Positions 45,801-57,800 of a stretch of DNA of 64,000 nt are shown here, in pieces (within the stretch, counting starts at the first letter, position 1; every line of letters starts with the position of its first letter). The stretch spans positions 136,422-200,421 of the forward strand of contig NIVC01001150.1 of the NCBI GenBank assembly GCA_002269645.1, in the 5' to 3' direction. Position numbers and translations under genes: made by a program. Below the pieces are notes generated by a model. It saw only the letters and a program-made list of their open reading frames with translations. It ran no database searches and was not told the DNA's origin. The stretch comes from Macrostomum lignano (Eukaryota).

Positions 45801-48800
45801 GCGGCAGGTTCTCCGCCAGCTCGAACTCGAAAACCGGCCGGCTGAAGCTCGGCGCTGTGGAGGCGGACGATGGCGCCACCCGCACGGTGAGGATGGTGGT
45901 GGCGAAGGCCCCTGGGTTGGCCGGGATGAAGGCGCGGACCACCGCCCGGTACTCGGACACCTGGCCAGAGTCCAGCGGGGCGGCCACGGTCAGCTGGCCG
46001 GTGAGGAAGTTCACCGACAGGTCGGCGTTGAACAAACCGGACTGGAAGTGGCTCGGGCGGGACAGCGAGCGGGACAGCGCCAGCAGCTGGTAGCGCACGG
46101 AGCCCGCGGCCATCGACGCCCCGGTGACGGCCGTCAGGTTGGCCAGCGGCCGGCCCGGCTCGGCGAGGCCCTCGACGACGCTGATCACCGCCGGATGGTT
46201 GGCGAACCCCGCGACGGCCAGGGCGGCGTCAGCGGGGGCGGCCAGCACGCGAAGCCGGACAGGCAGCGGCGTTCGCCGGCCACCGCCGTCGGTGGCGTCC
46301 ACGGTGAAGCTGAGCAGCGAGCCGGGCGCCGCGCCATCCAGCGAGCGGCGCAGGTAGATGAAGCCGGAGCTCGAGTCGGCCGAGTCCAGCTGCACGCTGT
46401 CCGAGTCGCCGCCAGCCACCAGGCTGTAGGTCACCGAGCCGTTGGCGCCGGCGTCCGGGTCCCAGGCGCGCACGCCTCCGACCAGGGCGCCTGTGGCAAG
46501 CGGGGGATTTGGAATTGGATTGAGGATTCGTAAGTGGATTAGGGATTTGGAACGAGATAAGAGATTTGGAAGGGGATTAGGGATTTGAAAGGGATTAAAA
46601 ATTTGAAAGTGGATCAGGGATTTAGAAGGGGATTAGAGATTTGGCAAGGGATTAGGGATTTGGAAGGGGATTAAAGATTTGGAACAAAATTAGGGATTCG
46701 GAAGGAGATTAGGAATTTGGAATGGGATTAAAATTTGGAACGCAAAATGGGATTTGGAAGGGGACGATGCCACCCTGTACATTAAACTGAGTAGATGCAG
46801 GCATGAAACGTATATCTAGACATGTATATCTGTATGTTTATCCAGACATTAACAAGCCAGCAGTTTCAGTGGGCGCTAAGCTGCCGGCTCAATACATTTA
46901 GCTCGTACCGGCAGACAACAAACTGCGCAGAAGTTCAAGCGGTTCGCAGTGCAGCGGCTGCAGGATTTTTGTTGCCTTTTAAACCTTGTTTATTAGGGAA
47001 CTCCCAGCCAGGTTTTTATCCCCCTTCAAGCCGTGATCCCATTTCAGGAATAAACAGCCGGGGCTGTAGTGACAGCCAGGTCGGAGCCGCAAGCGGGCCA
47101 AGACGCAGTGAGCGCGGGGAATTCTCCACAGCTCAGCAAGGGCTCGAATTGGCCCAGCAAGGACAGCAGCAAGCCAAACTGCGCAGTCGCTGCCGCCCTC
47201 CTGCACCCTCCCTGTTCCCCAACACTTTGCCCTCCTGCACCCTCCCTGTTCCCCAGCACTTTGCCCTCCTGCACCCTCCCTGTTCCCCAGCACTTTGCCC
47301 TCCTGCACCCTCCCTGTTCCCCAGCACTTTCCCTCTCGTAATTTACTGCCCACCCCGCTTTGCTCTCCCCGCTCCCCAGGCCGGTGTCGCGGTGTCTGGC
47401 TTGGGGGGGGGGGGCAGGGCGAGAAGGCGACTTACCAGAGTTGCCCTCTGCTGCAGCCCCATTGTCCCCCTGGCTGCCCCCCTGCATTGAGAAGCCGGTC
47501 TGCAGCTGCTGAGAACAAAGCAGAGGCCTGCCAATTAGCGGGCAGGGGAGAAAAAACTGCGAGACTTTGGGGGATCTGGCGAGTATCAAATATCCCCATC
47601 TAAATCCCGGCCAAATCCCAGGGTGACGCAAGCGCTGGCTGCAGCATCTCTGCTGCATCGCGGGGTCAGCAGAGCTGATCGATGGCAGCCTGCATAACTC
47701 TTGCTGAGCAGCCCCGCTACCGGCTGCTCAGCATTAATGATCAATAAATTACAGGCGGTGGCCGCGGGCCCGCTCTAATGGCCCTCCGGTGCCAATCAAT
47801 GGCTGGCACAGGTGAGCGGGGAAATTCCAGATCCCTCCGATTCTTATCAAGAGCTGCTTCAACACAAATCCCTTTTAATAAGAGAGCAAAATCCTCCCCA
47901 AAAGCAAGCAAAATCTTCAAAAGGACGACAGGAGCTCAAAAATATTTGAACAGAATTCTCAGCCTGAATGGGGATAAATCTCAGCCTGACGTGGGATAAA
48001 TCTCAGTCTGACTGGGGATAAATCTCACACAGACTGGGGATAAATCTCACAAAGACTGGGGATAAATCTCGCACATACTGGGGATAAATCTCAAAAGGAA
48101 GACCCACCCAAAACAATGATTCGGGAGTCAACCCCGCAGGCAGGGATCTTCTTCCCAAGGCTCACCTCGAGTTTCCGTGGCGAGGACGTTCAACTCGAAG
48201 GCGCCGGCGGCGGCAGACAGCGGCGAGTTGTCGTTAACATCGGCGACGCTGACCCGGACGCGACAGTCGGCGGAGAGGCGGGGCGCGCCGAAGTCGGTGA
48301 CGCGGACGCGCAAGTTGTGCTCTGCGCGCTGCTCCCGGTCCAGCGGTGCCCGCAGCGTCAGCCGGCCGTTCGTTGCGTTGATGGCGAAGGTGCCGTCGCC
48401 GTCGACCAGCCCGAACTCGAGCCGGGCGTTCTCGCCGAGGTCGCTGTCGGTGGCAACCAGTTGGCCGACCTCGAGACCAACGGGGGCGTCCTCAGCGACG
48501 AGGTGGAATGCGAGCCGCCAGGCGCACCTCGGCCGGTTGTCGTTGCGGTCAGCGACGCTGACGCTGACGGTGGCGCTGGCGCTCTTGCGCGGGCTCGAGT
48601 TGTCAAAAGCCTGCACTGTGAAGACGAAGGGCAGCGGGCGGGACTCGCGATCCACCGCGCTTGTGGCGCGCACGAGGCCGCCGTCCGTGGTGACGGAGAA
48701 GGGCACGGAGTCGTCCAGGCTCTGGTACAGCAGCGCCGGCGAGTCGCAGTCGGTGGCCGCCGCCCGGCCGACAAAGGCAGGCAGCTGCGAGCTGGGCAGT

Positions 48801-51800
48801 GCCTCCTCCACCCAGAAGGTGAAGTCGGGCTGCTGGAAGACGGGCGCGCAAATGTCTGCTGCAGCCAGGCTGACATTCAGGAGGCGCCGCGCCGAGCGCC
48901 AGAGCCGGCCGCGGTCTCGAGCCTCTGCCCAGACTTCAAAGCCGGCGACGCCTTGAAGGTCGGAAGCGGCGGAGCGGAGGCGGACCTGGCCGGTGGCCGA
49001 ATCCACGTAGAAGGTCTCGGTGTGGGACAGCAGCAGGAAGGCCACGGTGCCGTTCTCGTCGGCGTCTGGGTCGGTGGCCGTCAGCTGTGCCACCGGAGCG
49101 TCGGCCGGCAGGTTGCGCGCGATCGTGACAGCGGATGCCGAGGAGGCAGCGAAGGTCGGCGAGTTGTCGTTCTCGTCGGCCACCAGCACGGAGAGGTCGA
49201 GGGTGGCGGCGGCCGGGCCGCTCGGCCGGCTGCATGCGCAGCTGAGGCGCAGCGAGTGGGCGGCCGCTGCCTCGCGGTCCAGCGCCTTCAGCAGCCGCAG
49301 CCTGCCGGACGTTTTCTCGACGAGGCCGAAGCTGCTGCCAATGTCTCCCGCCAAGGTGTACTGGATGGGTGTGCTGTTGCCATGGAAACGGCACTGCCAA
49401 GCGAAGATCTCCCCGGGCGGGCTGTTCTCCGCCACGGTCACTTCAGCCGTCGAGTTCGGCGGCGTGTCGGTCCGGGTTGGCGCGGCCGCCACGGCCACCG
49501 ACACCCGGCAGGCGGCGGTGTGGACGCCATCGCTCGCCTCGACGTCGAACTGCCAGGAGGCGCCGTCGGGCTGCGGCGGGCCGGTGAGGTACAGCTCGCC
49601 GGTGACGGAGTTGAGCCGCAGCGGCAGCGACTCCGGGCTGCCCCAGGCCAGGCGGAGGCTCACGGAGGCCGCACCGTCTGGGGATGGGGGGGGGGGCGGA
49701 GGGGCTCTGAGTTGGCAGCTGCAGCAATAGCTGGCTGGCGAGCAAGCAAAGCTGAAAGCTGCTTCCCGGATTCATTAAAAATGTTCGCAGTTTCGCAGCC
49801 AAGCAGCGCAGATTGGGAAAATTTGCCCCGAACTGCGCACCGGGGAGACGCGGTGAGGGGAGGCCGGGGGTCCCAAGGCCAAAAATCCTCGACTTTCAGA
49901 GTGACTCAGCGCTGTAGATATGCAGAAATTGCAGCACAAGAGTCCTCTAGAAGCAGAATATTTGCAATTGAATGCGGCAGGCTTTCACCCATATGAAAAT
50001 TGGCATGAGGAAATTGGTGGCTCTCCAGGCTACACGCAGAAAAAATGAAAACTGGAAAACTGCAGAAGAAGCTGCACTCTGCTGAGGCCCTCAACTTCTG
50101 CCGAGGCCCGGCCCGTCACTCAAGCCTGAGAGGGGGAAGTCCGTTTTCATAAAAACGGGACCAGGAATTCCCAGGCGGGGAAGCCGGGCCTCAGCGGCGC
50201 ATCTGGGCCGCCGCATTCGGGCAGAAAAAACCGCCGGCCTGAGCTGAGTCCGGCTCACTGCCGGCATTGCGAGGGCGGGGCCGGAGATTGCAGATGACGC
50301 ACCGGCCTCCTGCCGCAAGTCAGACTTTCGCTTTCCCACTAATTAGTGATTTCTCAAGCCCCGGCCTGACTGATAGATATCAGAAGAGGTCGCAGCCGCC
50401 CCCAGCCGGCTCCCAGCTGCTCAGGCGAGTGTCCGTGATTGGGGGTCACTGGAGTTTAAGGGATGCGAGCGGCAATGGGAATCCCAGCGAGCTTCATCTG
50501 TGCAAGGCTGATGGAATGCGAGGGCTGGGAGGCCGCGGTGAGACACCAGCTGGTCCCGGGGGCGCCATGACTGCCAAGGTGGAGCTGCAGGGCTAATTGC
50601 CCAGCTCAGCCTGGCTTTGTTGCCGGCAATTGCTTGAGTCGCTTGAGCTGCTTGCTGCTCATTATTAGGGGGGGGGGGCAGCACTGAATTCGGAGCTGGG
50701 AGATCTCCTGAGTAGGAAAATCAGAGCTGGGGGACGGGAACAACTGAGCAGTGAGTAGTGTTAGTTAAATAGAGTGAGCTCAGAGTTCGAGCTATTCGAA
50801 TATGAAAAAGACAAGGCATTCGGAGAAGCAATTATTAAAACTCGCCGGCTCCCCTGCGCCTTACAATTTTACAATTCGGTCTGGTTGAGCTGCAGTTGCA
50901 AGCAGAAGCGAAAGCGGCGGAGAGGCGGGTCGAGACATGAAATAAACTGAGCGCCAGTGAAAAAACACAAGACAGGTGGGCAGCCTGGCTGGGTGGGCCA
51001 TAAAGTTGCTGTTCGGTGAGTCCGTCAGACAGCCCGGGCTGTTGCAGAGTGAATTTACAACCTCCAGCTGATGCCATGCAGATGCAGATCTGCGCCAGCT
51101 CTGGCTGTAAAACCGGCGGTCGCAGAGATGCGAGACCAACTTTCACACAGGCAGACCGGCGGGGCCAGAGATGAGCAGTGGAGATAAGAGCCCCCCCCCC
51201 CGCTGAGCAGTGAATGCCTGGGCGAGCCTGCCAGACCTCAGGTGCAGTAAAAACTACGGTTCAGCAGTGAGAAAGCAAAAGTTGAGCTCAGTCAGTGCGG
51301 CATTGTTCTTCACGAGCTCCATAAGCTGCACAGAATGATGGAGCCAGAAATACCTGCTGGGGCTCCGCTGCCGGCCAGGTGCGGCCAAAATTGCTGCTAT
51401 CAGCTGACGGCTGAGATCTCCCAGATTGCCCGAATCCCCGCCGCCAGATGGCAATTGGGGAGCAATTTTATCCCATGTGGGATCGAATTGCCGGCTGCGA
51501 CGCTGGGCCGGACAAATCTCCCCCCCCAAATTAATCGCTTTCCCGCATTAATTGCTGGCGACCCTCGAGTAGGGGAGCCCGTGTTGCCGGGGCTTCAGTT
51601 CCAGCCCAACCACTTAGGTGTGACTGACGGCTGCATTGCATCAGCTGGGCTGCTGGAAGCTGGGCGCTTCATCAGCTGCAGCTGCTGCCTTTTGCACTGG
51701 TCGATTCTTTCACCAGTTTTAGTGGGAGCCCCGCATGCAGTCAGCACTCAGAACACTTGATGGAGGGCCCTGGATGAAGGCCACTGGATGAAGGGCGTTG

Positions 51801-54800
51801 GATGAAGGGCGCTGGGTGAAGGGCACTGGGTGAAGGGCGCTGGATGAAGGGCGCTGGATGAAGGGCGCTGGATGAAGGGCACTGGGTGAAGGGCACTGGG
51901 TGAAGGGCACTGGATGAAGGGCGCTGGATGAAGGGCACTTCAGGATGACGGGCACCAGGTGAAGGCCACTGGATGAAGGGCGCTGGATGAAGGGCGCTGG
52001 ATGAAGGGCACTGGGTGAAGGGCACTGGGTGAAGGGCACTGGATGAAAGGCACTGGGTGAAGGGCGCTGGATGAAGGGCACTGGATGAAGGGAACTTCAG
52101 GATGACGGGCACCAGGTGAAGGCCACTGGATGAAGGGCGCTGGATGAAGGGCACTGGATGAAGGGCACTGGGTGAAGGGCGCTGGATATAGGTTGCTGGA
52201 TGAGCGGCACTAAATGTTGCTTGCAAACTGAAGTGAACTCGCTCCATCATATAAAAATAATTAGCAAAATTAGCAAAAACGGCTCCATAAAGAAGCGAAG
52301 CGGCTGGGGTGAAGGGCTGAAAGACAGAAAGGCAGGGAGGCTGCAGTTTCATATGCCTACATTCGCTTTTTTCTCTCCATCTTCCGCTGACAAAAGGCGG
52401 CAAGTTTGGCTTCTCAATGAGCTTCTCAGCTTCACAAATTGGACTCTATTTTACTTCTCAGGCTGAGCAGCTCGCGGCGAATCGAGCGGCTGTCAAGAGC
52501 TGGTCAGAGGGCTGCTCAGCTTTTTGACAAGCCGAGAGGCGAGCTGTGCTCAGACCGCAGGCGGCGCGCACTCCAAGCTGTCAGAATGCACCGAGCAGGG
52601 AGCGGGCGGGGGCCCCCGGCTACCCAGGCGCAGAGTCAAAGAGAGCCGCTCCAGAAGCAGAGAATGATGACGCAAAATAAGCGGGGCTTGAAGGCGCAGG
52701 GGTGACAGAGGCGAGCGGCAGGCGGCCCGGCATTGCGGAGCCCCCGGGTCAGCGGGCGCCAATGCAGCGGAAGGAGCGGACAACAAAGATCACAAAGAGG
52801 GGAGCCGCCACGCTCCATCGAATTCTGCCAGGCGAAACACACCTTTCTTAGAAATCCCACACAGATTGGGATCTGGGGGGTAGCTGGCCCAGCAGAAATT
52901 GACTGCAGCCCTGGGCACGTGGCGGCTGCGCGGGATTCCGATCGCGGATTCGATGATGCAATCGAGGCGGGGGCGGCGGCGATCAGCGGAGGCGATCGGC
53001 AAGTGGCAGCAAAACGTCGCTTCGGATTTCGCGTGACCGCGCTGAGAGGGGCCAGCAGCAAACACTGAAGCGGCGATATTTATGGCCGGCAACTGGTCGC
53101 GCCGAGCTCTGAAACAACAGGCAGCATCTCCGGCAGCAGCTCAAAGCGGTGCCGCCCGGGCCGTGACCGGATGCCCGTTATCCCGGTTCACCCCAGCTCA
53201 GCCACTACTGGGGGGGGGATAAAAAAGTTTGGCGAGGGGAACAAAAGGGAGAACAAAACGAGCGGACTGGCCGCTCTTCCGATGGCGTGATGCGGGACCC
53301 CCCCCCCGCCGGGCCTCCCCGTGAAAGCCGACAGAGGTACGGAGAGACCCCAGAGTTTGCCTCGCATTCAGCAGCGAGAAGCAGCGGGAGGCCTTCGCCC
53401 ATTAGGCCCCGTAGGCAAAGAAAAATAATGGCAGGGAGGCAAAAAAGCTTCGCAACACGCCGCGCGCCGGGGCGCCAGCACTTTCTCCCCGCGAATCATT
53501 AAATATCCCATTTAGAGCCGCTCTGGCCAAGTGAGTCACCGCTGCCTGAGGAGACAGGAGTGGGAGAGGCGCATCACCTGGTGCTAATTAATTATTAATT
53601 AACACACCGAGTTGAACGGCATGGGGCTGGAGGCGAGCTCAGCGATTTTATTGCTTATTTTGGGAAATTTGTCCCTGAGCAGCTTGGGGATCCGGAAATT
53701 GAACACCCGAGATCCCAGGATCCGGCAGCCGCATCAATGATTCACCCGTCTCGCTGGCTGTGAATTTCCTGCTTGAGGCGGAGGTGCAGGTGGACAATGG
53801 GATAAATTCTGAAAAAAATTATTCCCATGCAGGCAAGCTTTCCTTTCGTTTCAGCCCGAAGGGAATTGTGTGTCAGATGGCTCCCCCGCAGCCTCTCCCC
53901 TCCATCAAGTGCACGTTTCTGCCGTACTTGCTGAGATAAGAGCTGCAAGAAAAAGCAGCAAGGAATGCCCCAGAGCCAGAAGCAGCAGCTCAGAGAAAAC
54001 ACTGCAGTCCCCTGCGGCCCCGGCTAGAATGCCGCAGTTTTTCTGCTTCTCAAAGCAAGCGGGGCCTGCAGTCTTCAGCGATCCATCTTGCCTGACTGCA
54101 GACGGGGCCTCCGTGCCCGCACCCCAGCCTCCCTACCTCATCAGCTCACCTGCCGGAGGGGGCAACGGGAAATGAGTCGGACGGATGGAACGGAGATCCC
54201 CGGCAAAACCGCAAAAAGTTAAAAGCAGACAGAAGTCAAAACTCCCCACCCAGCCCGCATGGTCTGCGGCAGTTGGGGAGAGGTGAGCTGGGGAACTCAT
54301 GACAGCTTTGATTGATGGATGGCCGCCGCTCACCTTCGTCCGCGTCTGCGGCCGCCACCCGCAGAATCGGCGAATCCGCGGCTACCGCCGCTGACGCCTC
54401 CGCGGCGCTCAGGGCGACCTCAGCGGCGGCCGAGCAGGTGGGCGGGCTGTCGTTGACGTCAAGGATGTTGACGGCCACGCTGGCGGTGGCGGCCAGGCCG
54501 CTGACGGTGTCGGTGGCGACCAGCACCAGCAGGTAGTGGCTGCGGGCCTCATAGTCCAGCGGGCCGGCCGTGAGCAGCAGGCCGCTGGCCGGGTGCAGCG
54601 AGAACGGCAGGCCGAGCTGTGGGGACGCCAGGCGGAGCCTAGAGTCCGGCGGCTGCACCCGCACCGCGCCAACCAGGCTGCCGGCCGGGGCCGCCTCGCT
54701 CACGTTGAAGGCGCCGCCGGGAACCTCAGCGAAGACTGGCGGCCGCTGCAGAGACCGGCTGAATGTCAGGCGCAGCAGGCAGCGGCTGGAGAATCGGCCG

Positions 54801-57800
54801 TCCGTCACCTGCAGCTGCAGCTGCCGCTGCCGCCCACCGACGGACAGCTGCGACGCGTTCGGCATCCGGGTCAGGCGGACCAGGCCTGCGGGTCAGGGGC
54901 GAGGCAGGTGGGTCAGGACTGATAGAGTGGGGCAAGATTCTTTTTGAAATAGCTCAGGATTGAAAGAGCAATAAGCCATGGCTGATGAAAAAGTGAGTCT
55001 GGCTGATCAAAAAGTGGGTCAGGGCTGATGAAGAGATGGGTCAGGGTTGAGAAAGGGTTTGGTCAGAAATCAGAAAATGGTTGTAACCATGTTCATTATA
55101 AATTAAAGCAAGTTTTTTCGTTTAAATCCCCAGAATCCTCCTGAAGCTGCCAGCCTCACCTGTTGATGCGTCTACGGAGATCTCTGAGCTGGGCTGGGCC
55201 TCCCCGGCCTCTTCAACCAGGCTGTAGCTGAGGGTCTGCGATGCCGCCGAGTCCGGGTCGGCCGCCGCCAGAAGGACCAGCGGCACCGGCGGCTGCGCGT
55301 CTTCTGAGACGACGGCGTCCAGCACGGAGGTCGGGAATGTCGGCGGAGTGTCGTTGGCATCAGTCAGAGTGACGTAGGCCTGCGGTGCCCGTGAGGGAAA
55401 TTGCAGTGTATAGTGGGGAATTGCAATCTTTCGTGGGGAATTGCAGTCTATCGTGGGGAATTGCAATCTATCGTGGGGAATTGCAGTCTATTGTGGGGAA
55501 TTGCAGTCTATCGTGGGGAATTGCAGTCTATCGTGGGGAATTGCAGTCTATAGTGGGGAATTGTAGTCTATAGTGGGGAATTGCAGTCTATCGTGGGGAA
55601 TTGCAGTCTATAGTGGGGAATTGCAGTCTAGGGGGACTGCAGTCTGGCATCGGGAAATTGCAGCATAGCATGGGGAATGCCATCATGAGGTCAGGAGCTT
55701 TGAGAACGATGAGTAGCGTCAAGATGACATTGAATACGATATTCAAAGCAGAGCTTCAGAGCCGCAGCAACAATGACTCAGCGCCGCCCCCAGAGCAGGT
55801 GAACAGAGGAGGCCAGAAGCCAAAGGCCGAAAGCTAGTTTCACAGTTAAGTCAATTTAGAAAATGAGTTTAGCGATGAATCGCGTGAGAAAATGCAGAGC
55901 GCGGGAGGTGGCGGGAGGGCTCTGACTGGCGCCCGGTGCCGGACAGAGGCTCGCCAAAGCCAGACAGCCCTGCTGGCGGGTGTGTCAACACCGGCTCTTA
56001 TGCAACAGCAGGCCGGCTCTCTAATCACTGGGGAGGCGTGAGGAATTCGCACTTGGCGCCGCTCAAACTTTCCTGTTCAAACAGTTCTCCCCGGCTGCTC
56101 AACTGACTCAATGCAGATTTCTGAGTGAAACTGGCAATAATTCCGCCCTCCGCCTTGATTGGTAAGCTGCAGACAGGCAGGCACACACTAGGACAGGCAC
56201 TAGGACAGGCACTAGGACAGGCACTAGGACAGACACTAGGACAGGCACTAGGACAGACACTAGGACAGGCACTAGGACAGGCACTAGGACAGGCACTAGG
56301 ACAGGCACTAGGACAGGCACTAGGACAGGCACTAGGACAGGCACTAGGACAGGCACTAGGACAGGCACTAGGACAGGCACTAGGACAGACACTAGGACAG
56401 GCACTAGGACAGACACTAGGACAGGCACTAGGACAGGCACTAGGACAGACACTAGGACAGGCACTAGGACAGGCACTAGGACAGACACTAGGACAGGCAC
56501 TAGGACAGGCACTAGGACAGGCACTAGGACAGGCACTAGGACAGGCACTAGGACAGACACTAGGACAGGCACTAGGACAGGCACTAGGACAGGCACTAGG
56601 ACAGGCACTAGGACAGACACTAGGACAGGCACTAGGACAGGCACTAGGACAGGCACTAGGACAGGCACTAGGACAGGCACTAGGACAGGCACTAGGACAG
56701 ACACTAGGACAGACAGCAGCTTAAACAGGAAACTAGGATGCATGGGTACTAGGACAGGCACGAAGACACTAAAACAGACACTAAAACACACTAAAACAGA
56801 CACTAAACACAGACACTAAAACACACTAAAACAGACACTAAACACAGACACTAAAACACACTAAAACAGACACTAAAACAGACACTAAAACACACTAAAA
56901 CAGACACTAAACACAGACACTAAAACACACTAAAACAGACACTAAACACAGACACTAAAACACACTAAAACAGACACTAAACACAGACACTAAAACACAC
57001 TAAAATAGACACTAAGAGGGTCACTGAGACATTATGACACTAAAACAGACACTAAGACACACTAAAACAGACACTAAACACAGACACTAAAACACACTAA
57101 AACAGACACTAAAACACACTAAAACAGACACTAAACACAGACACTAAAACACACTAAAACAGACACTAAACACAGACACTAAAACACACTAAAACAGACA
57201 CTAAACACAGACACTAAAACACACTAAAATAGACACTAAGAGGGTCACTGAGACATTATGACACTAAAACAGACACTAAGACACACTAAAACAGACACTA
57301 AGACACACTAAAACAGACACTAAGACACACTAAAACAGACACTAAGACACACTAAAACAGACACTAAGACACACTAAAACAGACACTAAGACACACTAAA
57401 ACAGACACTAAGACACACTAAAACAGACACTAAACACAGACACTAAGACACACTAAAACAGACACTAAACACAGACACTAAAACACACTAAAACAGACAC
57501 TAAGAGGGTCACTGAGACATTATGACTCTAAAACAGACACTAAGAAAGACATTTAGACAGATACGGAGGCCCACTAAGATGGACAGGCACTCAGTCAGAG
57601 TCGCGAACAAGCACAAAGAAATTCGAGCATTCCCGGACACGCGCCGAGACAGTTTCTGATTTATGCAAATCTGCTTCACGTCTTCACCACTGACTCATCG
57701 ACGCCGCTGCCTGCCCTGCGCCGAGCCAGCTCAATCTTGATGGATAAAAGCACCTCCCTCACCGGGATAAGCAGGCGGCCCGCCAGCCTCCGTCACACCT

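Noticed and set aside
46503-46762. Telomeric or interstitial telomere repeat
   Set aside because: TTAGGG occurs only singly within a degenerate 19-bp unit, never as tandem hexamers.
33497-49996. Many overlapping or antisense ORFs over Fat exons (e.g. 48116-49996, 45496-46533)
   Set aside because: They are coextensive with GC-rich exons and explained by codon bias.
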